The notes under the pieces were generated by a model. It was not told the origin of the DNA, searched no databases, and saw only the letters and a list, made by a program, of their open reading frames with translations. This document shows positions 26,396-36,868 of a DNA stretch of 64,000 nucleotides, one piece after another. Location of the stretch: positions 434,001-498,000 of the forward strand of contig JAIVFI010000002.1 in assembly GCA_025558095.1 (NCBI GenBank), in the 5' to 3' direction. The translations under genes were made by a program, and so were the position numbers. This DNA is from Hyaloraphidium curvatum SAG 235-1. Lineage: Eukaryota; Fungi; Monoblepharomycota. How positions within the stretch are numbered: the first letter of the stretch is position 1; each line of letters begins with the position of its first letter.

Positions 26396-26577
26396 GCCAT
26401 CGCGCTCGCTTGCTTTTGCAAGCAGCGAGCTTCTTCCCTCCACCGACTCTCGGCGCCGACTGAATACCCAGCAGCATGCGGATGAGGATCATGTTGTCAT
26501 GGGGAGCCGAATGACATGAGTGACTGCCGGTCTTCCCTCCCTTTGCTCCGGTCCGCAATGCCTTTGGTTGCATCTTC

Positions 26578-27807
26578 TCAACCAACCCCAAGACCACGGT
26601 CCTGGCTCACGTCCAAGGCTTCCAGTCGGTGCAACCCTCGGCCCCGTTCCGTTAAAGAGAGTCTTCGTTCGCTCGACGCGCTGGACTTCCTACGCACTGT
26701 GCCGGGCACTGGCTGTTCGCCAGCTGCGTTCTCAGCCGGTGCGAAAAACTCGGGCACGCCCCATTTGAAGCAACTTGGTTCCACCAATTTCTCCTCAAAC
26801 ATGCTGCGGAACCGTGATATAAGCAGATCCGTGAGCTTCGGCAAGTCCTTGATCTTTGTCCGGTGACCCAGAAGAGAACGAACGTCAAACTCCGTGTCGT
26901 AATCCTCTAGCACGGAAAACGACAGAAAGGAGCCCTCTCCGGCATCGAAGCCATTGTTGACGAGCTCGACTGCGAGCGTTCCGCTGAATCTGACGACGGA
27001 GAGGGCAAGCGAGACCGGGAGTGTGGCAAAACCTGGCCTCGGCCAGTTGACGATCAAGTGAGTGTCGATGCCAACGGTGATGTGGTCGCGCAGCTCGAGC
27101 GATAGTTCGGCACGCTGCAATCGTAGAGGGCATCAGGCTTGGTAACCTTTATGAGCTCCGGCAGCTTGCTCTGCTTACGACGTTGGCGCTGTTGTGGGAC
27201 GGCCGGATCCGCGCGCTCTTAATGACAGGGAAGTCCTCGCCCAGAGAGAGCTCGGTGATTAGGATGGGCCCCTGCCGACAGACAATTGTCAGCGGCGTCT
27301 GCAGGTTGGTCCAAAGCAATGAGCACCAGCCAAGAAGGTCTCGTGACCCCGTTGAGCCCCTTGTCAACCCAGCCGACGATGGAGTCCAGGAAGTGCGCAT
27401 TGCGGCGGTACTTTTCGATTCCCTGGGCGATGAGCACATTGAGCCAGTCGCACGACTCCTCGACGTGGTTTTCGACATCGGCGTATATCTTGTTTAGAAT
27501 CAGCGTGTTGGTGAGATACCTGCTCGCCTCCTCGGTCCCCAGGTGGGGAGTCTGATCCCGCGGCAGGCAGAACGTTTCAGCCTCCGGCGGGCTCCATTGT
27601 ACGCGAGCGATCGCTGCTCGCCTTGCGTTTCGTGGCCGCCTTGTCCCTTATCCTCCGCTTCATTTCCGCGTCCGCCTCCTCGGCGTTCCGCAGGAAGACC
27701 ATCCTCACGAGAAACCACAGCAACAGAAAGACCACCAGCTGTCCCGAAATGAAGCCTTTGATAAATCCATCCGACGAAAACACTTCTCCAGCCCCGGACG
27801 CCGCCAT
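26578..27807 (-). CDS. MMM1: ERMES subunit Mmm1 (SMP domain), multi-exon
   Basis: FIKGFISGQLVVFLLLWFL TM anchor; GPILITELSLGEDFP; IDTHLIVNWPRPGFATLPVSLALSVVRFSGTL; VRSLLGHRTKIKDLPK. Confidence 0.92.
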
Positions 27808-27870
27808 GCGCGCGTCCCCTTCCCGACGCTGATGATCGATCGTTTCTATGCAAATTGGGCGCGCGCCTTA

Positions 27871-27894
27871 TCCGCTGCCAGTTAGAAATCGGAA
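27871..27894 (+). repeat. Left terminal inverted repeat
   Basis: tccgctgccagttagaaatcggaa, preceded by TA. Confidence 0.8.
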
Positions 27895-29478
27895 CAACAA
27901 CAAAACCACAGACCCCCCGGCGTCGCCACTTTCAAAGGCCCTAGTGCGGGCGGTTCGGAAACACCGGGCCCAGGAAACCCGCATGGCCGCTCTCCAGATG
28001 TAGCGACGCGGCAACCGTTACCGTCGTGGCAGTCCCCAACGCGGAAACCAGCAAGACAGCTCCACCGGCGCCACTGCACAAGCAAACCAACTTTCCCTAC
28101 CTCCGGCGCTACATCGCAGACGACTTCTATATTCAGTGTTGCCTTTTGAACACCTTTTTGAAGAATGGTCCCATCACCAAGCTACAGGTCAAATACAACT
28201 CCAGATCCCGCCTTGCCTCTGCTTCCAGCCGCGCCTGCTCCTGTTTCAACGCTCCCAAGTCCGTCTCCATTTGCCGCCAAATCTGCCCAATCCTTTCCAC
28301 TTCCCTCTAGAGTTCATGGATTGATGAGCTCGCTTCGACATTCGGTCGCCGTCGTGCTGCATCCGTCCCTAACGTCCGTGCGCAGTTTGAAGCTCCATTG
28401 TCATGCACAGAGGGGGTTTGTGGTCCGGAGACGTTCCGAGATGGCAAAGGCGGGATTTGAAGCGCGTTCGCGAGGAAGAAGTGCGAACGCAGACCGCGGT
28501 CCAGAACAGCACAGCACGTCACCCTCGACGACCTCACCCTCAGCTCGTAATGCCGCACCGATATACGGTGGAGAACCGCGCGGCCGTCAGTAGTCTCTTA
28601 CGCGATTCCTGGTTCCACCCCTGGGATGGCAGTACGGGCTCGCGCGTGGACCGTGGCCCGAAAAACTGGAAACGAACTGCCGAGCGAACTCCCCTCCCCG
28701 ACCTGCAAACGCATCCCGCTTAAACGGCACCTAGGCGGCGCCAGGAGCATCTCGGAAGGCGATGCCGACGGCGCGGCTCCGTTTTGCGCCCGATCGTCGT
28801 CGCTACGACGACCGAAGTGCCGCGGTTGTGTCGAACCGCTGCGCTCCCGTTTCGCGACGTGGCATTCCACAGAAAGGTGGCCGAGCTCCCAGAATTCCAC
28901 GTCGGAAAACGACTCAAAGGGGATCTCGGCCGCTCAGAACCCGATTCTGGGGAACCCGCACCGCATCGGTTTGGCGCTAGACCATGTCGCCCGCCGGAGC
29001 ACTGGAAGCGACGGAGGTCAGGTGGTAGCGGCTCTCCTCCTCTGGAGCTTCAATGGATAAAATGCTTCGCTCGCCGGTGTCTGGAGCCGCGTTGGCATCC
29101 GCCGGCGCGCGGACGGTGCGGCGCCCGAATCCCTCGGAGCTAGTGGCCGATTCGAAATAAGTGCAAAGGCGGCGCGAGTTCCTTCCGGTCTAATCGTTCG
29201 GCCCTATGGAGTGGAGCAAGGAGCTTTCGCGGGTCCCGGGAGTCCGATCCCGCTTTGGCTGGTCCGAGCGCGCCGGAGCCGGGACCCCCCGGTCAATCGA
29301 CTCGGGCTGGTGAAACCCCCGGCAACCGGGCGGAGCTCCCAGCGGCAGAGGGCCGGGAACTGTATGGAATCGGGCTTTTTCGACGCGCGGCCTTGGGTTT
29401 AGGCGGGCCGTGTGGGCGCCGCACATTCCATCACCGACCCGCACGCCCGCCCGCCCCACCCGTGCCCCGCCCGCCACG

Positions 29479-32400
29479 ATGGGCGTCGGCAAGGGAAGAT
29501 GGCAGGGTGTTTCTCTGCCGCCGCGGCCCCCCCCGCCGCCGCCGCCGCCGAAGCCCAGGAGGGGCAAGCGGTGGACCATCCCCGAGAAGGGCGAGAAGCC
29601 GAGCCTGCTGTGCGCCGCCGTGCTCGCCCTCCTCGGCACCATCAACGCCGCCTCCGCTCTCGCGCTTGCCGTGCACGGCACCTCCAGCCTCCCCACCCCC
29701 ACCCCGGTTGTCCTTGCCGACCCTGCCCACCACGTCATTGCGCCCCCCCAAGTGACGCTGCTCCATGCCGCCTGCATGATGGCGGCCGTCGCCGCCCTGT
29801 TCGCACTGGACGCTGCGATGGACTTGCTGGCTGAGGTGCTCGGGGTGAGCGAGGAGGTCGGCTGGATGGGTGCCGTTGCCCGTTGGGTGGGGTCGGCGGC
29901 GTCCCGGGTGCGGGAGTGGGCGAGGAAGAATATGGGCTGCCGGGCACGCAAGAACGGCGGATTTCCGGTCGCTCAAATCGTCACACGCACCCTAGCCGCT
30001 TCGGCCGCCGTCATCGCCATCTTGGCCGCGATGAGGCGTGCACTCGGCGGATCCGTGACCTGGTCCAACCTGACCGACGCGGCCATGCTCCTCCCTATCG
30101 GCTTCTTCACCGTGACGATGCTCCAGTGGATCCAGGCCGATTCGGCGCCCCGCAAGAGCAAACAGCTTCGCCTTCTGCGCAGGTGCAGGACCGCCAAGAT
30201 CCTCAAGCCCTCCGCCGCGCCGCCCGGATTCGTCAACGTCGCCAGCGCGACCGGACTCGTATTCGTCGCGGCGTTTGCGTACATTCTGTCCTCTCCGTGG
30301 TTGCATTCGTTCCCGTTCGACGCCGGCGTCTCCATCCTCGTCGCGGCAGTCTTTGCCTTCGCCGACAGCCAGAGATGGCACAAGTCGGACACAACTGGCC
30401 GCTGGATCTCGGACGTCAGGATGACCGTCGGCGACTGGGTGAATGTGTTGTCAGATCCGTGCCTCGTAACCTTTCGCAGCGTGCGCGCCCACGTGAGCGA
30501 GGCACTGGAGCGGGAGCGCAAGCTACGCGGCCTCTCGCTCGCCGCACCGAACCGCCATGCCCGCCGGCGCACGACGCGCACGGCGCGCGGCCTCTCTCGC
30601 CCAAGGCTGCTGCCTCGGGCGCCGCGATGCCGCCTGCTCTTGGCCGTCGCTCTGGGAGTGGTCCGCGTGCTCTTCGGCGCGCGGTCGCTGGTCGGTAGCA
30701 TCACCGCGCTGGCAGCGCACGTGCTCGAGACCCTGTGGAGCTGGGCGGCCGAGGAAGGACAGAAGGCCGGCCCGCCGACGGTCCCTGGTGCCTGGATGGA
30801 CACGGACGAGGGGCCAAGGCAGCGCCTTACCACTCTGCTCACCGGTAGGCACATGCACTCGGGTCGTTGGCAGAGCGTTCTGATCGACGTCGTCCACTGA
30901 AGCCAAGGAGATCAACTGGTTCGTCCAGTCCGCCGCGCAACAAGGCTCCGACCACGATCAACTTGCACGCACCTTTACCTCCCCCGCCTTCGCGGTTCAG
31001 GACAGACGCCTTTCTCAATGGCTCACGGGTTCGTCTATTCCGCTTCGGGCCACGCGCATTCTGATCAAATGCCCACAGTGGACGAGATCCTCGCCGCGAA
31101 GCTGTGCCGCGCGTGGTTCCGCGCCCCGTGGGACCCTGACGCGCAAGCCTGGATGTCTGTTCCTGCGGCGGCCCAGAGCCGCTCGACCCGGCGGCGGCGG
31201 CGCAGGCGGTTCAGGCTCCTCCTCGGTCCCGTACTCGCACTCGCGACCAAGACAGCTTGGCTCGCCAACGAGGCTTTGCTGAGCATAGGTGCGCAGGCTG
31301 CGGAGCTCAACGGCGGGGAACCTGCACTGGGAGCCGACGACCTCCCGCCGGTGCGTTGCAAGACCCGCCAGGTGATCGAGGCCGAAATTGCATTCCTGAG
31401 CGCTCCCAGGTAGGCCGCGGTGGTGATGGCCCTTCCGAGCGTCGGTCCTCATTCGGACCATTTCGAAAGGCAAGTGCCCGGCTCCGAGGGCACGGCCAAG
31501 GGCAAGGGTAGGGCCAAGGCACCTCCTGCAGGAGCGGACGGAGACGGGTTGGAGCCGCCGCCGAGCAAGGTCGGCAAGGTGTGCGCGAGGTGCGGGGGGG
31601 CCGACCATGAACGGTCCAGCAACAGGCTGTGTCCGTATCACAAGCCAACCATCAAGGCGACGGCGAAGAAGGACGTCGAGCAGGTGACGGGCAAGACGGT
31701 TCCGTCGACCATCAAGCTCCCCCTTAAGGGCCTCTGCACCTCGTCACCCGCGTCTTTCGCATCTGTTCACGACACGCTCGCGCTGGCCTACACGCCCGTG
31801 GCAATCGCCGCCGCGCTGCTGCTCAACGAGGGCGTGGCGGCCTGGGTCACGGATAACCGCGTGCTGCCCCAGCTCAACCAGTCGCTGTTGCGCAGGGTCT
31901 TTTTCCTTTGCGCCTCCGGGGAGCTACGCATTCAGGCGAGCGATTCCTTACAGGGACAGGAAGAGTTCTTGCGGTCCTTAGAGCGCATCTGGCTGGGAGA
32001 CGGAACCACGCCGGGCCTTCGGGCGAGCTACCCTGCGCGCTTCGCAGCATTTCGGGCTCCAGGGGCTCAGCGGATTGCGTCGCCGGACCGCATGATCGAC
32101 CAGTACTTCAGCTCCGAGTTCGACAACATCTACAACGCGACGTTCAAGGACTATCAAGTCAACATCGAGGTGCACCTGGAAAGCGCGGCGAACCGCAACT
32201 TCAAGAAGCTCGCCGAGCTCCGGTTCGACAAGCTTCCCTGGTGGAACGCGGTGGTGGACGGCGACCCGGAGAAGGAGCTCCCTGCCGAGCGCAAGTCGGC
32301 GATTTTTTCAAGCCTCCTTTCCGCCAGCAAGAGCCGCCGCCGCCCGCTTAAAATCTTCAGCCGCACCGCCGCGGCCGGGGATCATTACCTGACGGAGCAG

Positions 32401-34596
32401 GACGTGGAGCTGGCTGTTGCCGCTGGCCAGTCGCTGACATATGGCTGGAAGACGCCGTCGATGCAGCATCACCGAAGCGCTGTGCTGGGGCCACACTTTC
32501 TGGAGGCGCTGCTGCGTGATGTCCGCGCCGGGCGCGACCTCCACGTTTCCATGCGAGGGGAATTTGCGTCGTGGTTCGAGGAGGAGTTCGAGACGATTAT
32601 GGAGACCGTGGTGCTCAACAAGGTGGCGAGGGCGCAGCTGGCCAAAGACCTCGTGGCCCGCATCACGAGCACCGGTGCGCACAAGTTCAGCGCGCGGCAC
32701 ATAGCGTTGGGGGAAGGTCCGGCCGCCATCCCCTGGGATACATTGCAGGCCGCTGCGAACACCGGAAACGACCTTCTCCTGCACCGTCGGTCGGGCAAGG
32801 CGGTCGTGCAGAACACGCTGCAGCACGGCACGATTGTCCTGCTCGTTACGTTCCTCCAGGAGGCATGGGCACGGCAAAACGATATCGAAAGGAACGGGAT
32901 GCAAGGCGGCGTGAAGGACTGGAACACGCGGCTACGGTTTCTGCACAGGTCGAACTGCCTGATCGGTGCTCTCTATGACATTACCGTGCCTGCCGGGCCC
33001 TTTGATCCGCAGTGGCAGCCGCCCTTGCCGCCCACCTCGGCCCTCCTGCCCTACTTCAACTACCAGACCAAGCACGTCAAGGTCGCTACATTCGATGCGC
33101 TGCTGGAGGTTGTGAAACGCCACAAGCGCATGTTTCCCGTCGAGCACGCAGCCGTCATGGACGATCACTTTCCTTTCGGGGAAGAGTTTGACGAGACCAA
33201 CGAGTACCACCGGCGGCGTCTGTGGGCTGCGGTCTACGATACGGACAGCCTGCTGCAACGCGAGGTCCGAGGCGGCTTCAGGGACAACTACGTTGGGGAC
33301 AAGACGCGCGCCTTCGCCTTCGCCGTGTCCTCCAATGGTGTCGAGGCTTCGGTGCTCTTCAACAAGGCGGTGCCGAACGACGACTTCGAGCCGGAAGGCG
33401 AGGCTCGCGAGGCCGGTGGTGCGGATGACGAGGCCAGGATCGTCCGCGAGGCCGCCGCCGCTGCCTTCCACGCGGGCCTACGCAGGGGCATGGAGCGGGC
33501 GGTGCAGTTCGAGGACCAGGCGAGGCGCGGCGAGATCAAGCTGCACGTCCAGGGTCTGGACCCCGGACCGGGCGGCTTCACGCTGGCTCGGCGCACGGAG
33601 GATGGCGAGGCTCGGAGCAAGGTCTTCTTCTACTCGTTCAAGCAGTATCACTACGAGTCTGGCGTGACAAAGCGCAAACGGCAGCAGGAAGCCCTGACAA
33701 AGACGATGCACGTGACCACGGCCGCCGGGCCAGTCTCGATCCAGAACATCATCAACGCCATCCCCGCGAGCACGATCACCGCCGTCGACGACAGCCACCG
33801 CCGCAACATGTACATCCTCACGCATCTCGATACGCTGGTCCGCTTCTACAGCGAGTTCCGGGACGAGCGTTTCCAGAACTACCGCGGCAAACAGATCGCC
33901 CTGGAACGCATGGCGCAGGAGCTGCTCGCGATGGAGCATGAGAGCAAGACCGGTTCGCCGAAAACCGTGGAGACCAAGGCGGCGCGGCGGAACCGGAAAG
34001 GCTGGCGCCGGTGGTTCAGGAGCAAAAGGAGGAAGCGCGCCGGCGGGAATCGTTTGCCGGAGCGCTACGTGATCGTTTGGGGTAACGCCAAAGTCGGCAG
34101 CATGTCCTGGATCAAGAAGCAGATGCGCGGCCCGTTCAAGAAGCTCATCGCGCTGCTGGAGGCACGGTCTGACGTCGTCATAGTCATGGAGGACGAGTAC
34201 GGCACGAGCAAGTGCTGCCACTCGTGCGACCAGTGGAGCCTGGACACGCGCAAGTGCCGGCAGATGCCCAAGGAGCTGGAGCCGACGTACCGGCCCCCGG
34301 TGGTGGCGGAAGGGGGGCAGGGGGAGGAGCGCAAGTGGCACGTACCGATGGTCATCCCGACCAAAAAACCCTGGTATGTGCGCTGGTGAGTGTGCTGGCT
34401 TCTGATCCTTTTCTCGCTCTAACATCGGCAAAGGTGCTTCAACCCCGCCTGCCCCGTCGACCACATCCACCGCGACGTGAACGCGGCGCTGAACATGCTC
34501 CGCCTTTACGAGTGGCGCCTCTGGCAGTGGCGCACGGCGCCGGGGATCGACGTGGAACAGACGGGGCGGCCCCCGGGCCTGAGGCGCTTGTCGTAG
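29479..34596 (+). CDS. Predicted 5-exon, 1633-aa fusion: N-terminal multi-hydrophobic (membrane) domain + CCHC knuckle + Fanzor1-type RuvC nuclease
   Basis: ATG in GCCACGATGG context. Exons 29479-30844, 30903-31028, 31079-31409, 31470-34385 and 34434-34596 total 4902 nt with no internal stop. Introns are 58, 50, 60 and 48 nt, all GT-AG and phase-compatible. The fusion itself is inferred. Confidence 0.6.
31470..34596 (+). CDS. Fanzor1 (eukaryotic TnpB-derived RNA-guided endonuclease) core
   Basis: CARCGGADHERSSNRLCPYH knuckle; FAFAVSSNGVEASVLF; RuvC-I VQGLDPG; YVIVWGNA and rearranged RuvC-II VMEDEYGTSKCCHSC. After intron 34386-34433 (GTGAGT..CTAAC..AAG): WCFNPAC, RuvC-III HRDVNAALNML and terminal RPPGLRR. 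Confidence 0.92.
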
Positions 34597-34602
34597 AACT
34601 GC

Positions 34603-34790
34603 ACCCATCATCTGGGTAACCTTCAACTCTTCAGAACTCCCATCGACCGACGGCGGCTCGCGAGGGCTGGCATACCCTAGGACCGAGCTCGGTGAACGAT
34701 GGGATCTCATTGGCCGCTTACAGTCGGGATTCTCGAGGATCTCAGCATTCCGATTTGTAGTTGGAAGCGGACTAAGGACGTCATCGATGG
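34603..34790 (+). ncRNA. Candidate Fanzor omegaRNA (scaffold to the element end plus flanking guide)
   Basis: Hairpin ACCCA/TGGGT (34603-34617). Nested stem TCCCATCG/CGATGGGA (34638-34704) enclosing ACCGA/TCGGT, GCTCG/CGAGC and AGGG/CCCT. Second long stem CCGCTT-ACAGTCGGGAT / ATTCCGATTTGT-AAGCGG (34714-34770). Lies directly after the Fanzor stop and ends at the TIR. Confidence 0.7.
34748..34772 (-). repeat. Right terminal inverted repeat
   Basis: ttccgatttgtagttggaagcgga(c), followed by TA. Confidence 0.8.
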
Positions 34791-34833
34791 CCCCGTCGGC
34801 ACGACGATCTCTATTCGGTCGATGCCGCGAGTA

Positions 34834-36794
34834 CTACAGTTTTGCTTTGCTGAAGCTGCACGATCTCGTACGATCAGCAAAAGGAAAGGCGGGGGATTCG
34901 AGGAGGACACGCACACTTTCGGCCAATCGTACTCGAGCTCATGGCGCTGGAATCCCGAATCGATCAGGAGCCGGTCGGCGGCCGCCGGACCCCTGCTGCC
35001 GTACGGGTATGGCTCGGGCTGGATCCGCTCCCGATCGATCTGGTGCAGGAGCGGGGTGAAGATCTTCCAGGACTCCTCCAGTTCATCGTTGCGAACAAAG
35101 TTGTTCTGATCGCCTTTGAGCACGTCGAGGATCAAGGATTCGTAGGCGTCGGGGATGTAAGCGTTCGAAAAGCGCTGCGAGTAGGAGAGGTCGAGCTCGG
35201 CGATGGTAGGCTCGTTGCTGTAGCCAGGCGTCTTCGTCATGGTCTTGATGTAAACCGCTGAGGTAACGTAGCATGAGAGGTCGGTCCGGCCCGTCGCGGG
35301 TGAGAGTTAGCATGTGCAAACCTTCGTTGGGCTGGATCCGAATCACAAGCTCGTTGCGGGCAATCTTCGAGAACAATGGGTTCCCTGGCACGTCCCGGAA
35401 CTGGATGCGGATGTCTACTTTCTGGTCGTCGAGCGCTTTGCCGCACTTGACGATGAAAGGCACGCCTGGCAAGGCAGCGGCCTCAGTAGGAGCCCCGAAA
35501 TGCACCGGCTTTCTCGTTCCCACCATCCCACCGCTCGTTGCTGACGTAGAATCTCGCCGCTGCAAAAGTAGGCACGATCGAGTCTTTCGGCACCGTCTTG
35601 TCGTCCTTGTACCCCGGCTTCTTGCCATCGAGCGACGCGGTGTACTGCCCGAGCACGCAGTCCTCGAGCGCGAGCGGGCGGATGTACTTCAACACCCGGA
35701 CCTGGTGCGGAACACCATCGGCCGCAAGCGAGAGCGTGCGGTTAACGCATGTGACCGCCACCAACATGAGCCGTACGTACCTTTTCGTTCCTGACATCTT
35801 GGGCGTCCAGCGACATTGGCCGTTCCATAGCAATGAGGCTGAGAACCTGGAGCAGGTGGTTCTGCATGACGTCTCTGATGATTCCGAACTGCGGTCGCGC
35901 GGGCCAGTCAGCCGTTGAATGCGTCGCTCCGCGATGTTGCGCACCTCGTCAAAGTAGCCGCCTCGTCCTGCACATAGCGTCAGCGAGCGCCAACGTGCTC
36001 GAGCCCGGCCCATCCTCAGCTCACCTTCGGTACCGATCATTTCCTTGAAAGTGATTTGCACGTGCGCAATGTGGGAGCGGTCCCAGATGCCGCCCAGAAA
36101 CTGATTCGCGAACCGCAGTACCAGCAGCGACTTGACCATCTCCTTGCCGAGGTAGTGGTCGATGCTGCCGGCGGACGGAAGAAGTTGGCGCAGGCAAGGA
36201 GGAGCGGCGACGACTGGCGTCGTACCGGTAAACTTCGTCCTCTGCCCAATGTTTGGAAATGGCGCGGTCAAGCTCGTTTGACGACGGCAGGTCCGACCCG
36301 AACGGTTTCTCGATGATGAGGCGGTTGTGGCCCCGCTTCGAGTAGCACAGCGACCGGAGGTTCGCAGACGCGGCGGCGAACACGTTAGGCGGCAGTGCGA
36401 GGTAAAAGATCCTGTTTGCGACCGGGCGGTCGCCCTCGAGCTCCGTACAGAACGCGTCGAGCTTGCGGAAAGGCTGCGGGAGGTTGAGCATGGTCGTCGG
36501 GGGCGAGTCTGGGCATCGCACCTCTTCGACGTCGTATTGGCCATCGAGGTAGCGCAGCAACAAACGGAAGCGCGCCAGGTGCGTCTCGTCGCCCGGGGCG
36601 CGCAGCTTGATGTTCTGCGTGACACGCGCCCGGAAGTCGTCGAGCGGCAGCTTCGTGCGCGCGTAGCCGACGAGCGCGCACGAGGGCGGCAGAAGGCCGT
36701 TCTTGAACAGGTTGAACAGCGCCGGGAAAGTCTTTTTGAACGCGAGGTCTCCGCTCGCGCCGAGCACAACGACTGTCGTGTGCTCGTCGGCCAT
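34834..36794 (-). CDS. ZWF1: Glucose-6-phosphate dehydrogenase, multi-exon; likely ends in PTS1 (-AKL)
   Basis: [61 protein letters not shown]. Confidence 0.97.
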
Positions 36795-36868
36795 TGATGT
36801 GGGTGACGTGGGGGACAGATGGCGGGTGATCATTTCATGTTTACACTCCATCCAAACCAATTCCCTCT

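Larger units (their letters stand above)
27871..34772 (+). mobile_element. Non-autonomous TIR element (about 6.9 kb, TA target duplication) carrying a Fanzor1-type nuclease
   Basis: Left end TA|TCCGCTGCCAGTTAGAAATCGGAA versus the reverse complement of the right end TA|G-TCCGCTTCCAACTACAAATCGGAA (20/24 identity). TA at 27869-27870 and 34773-34774. The reconstructed empty site CCTTAAGG is palindromic. No DDE transposase recognised inside. Confidence 0.8.

Noticed and set aside
30439-30479. Extra intron GTGAAT..CAG in the membrane-domain exon
   Set aside because: At 41 nt it is short for this genome and would shift the frame, while the unspliced frame is already open.
29190-31641. A transposase (DDE, Y1, serine or tyrosine recombinase) inside the Fanzor element
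   Set aside because: No catalytic motifs recognised in any listed frame.
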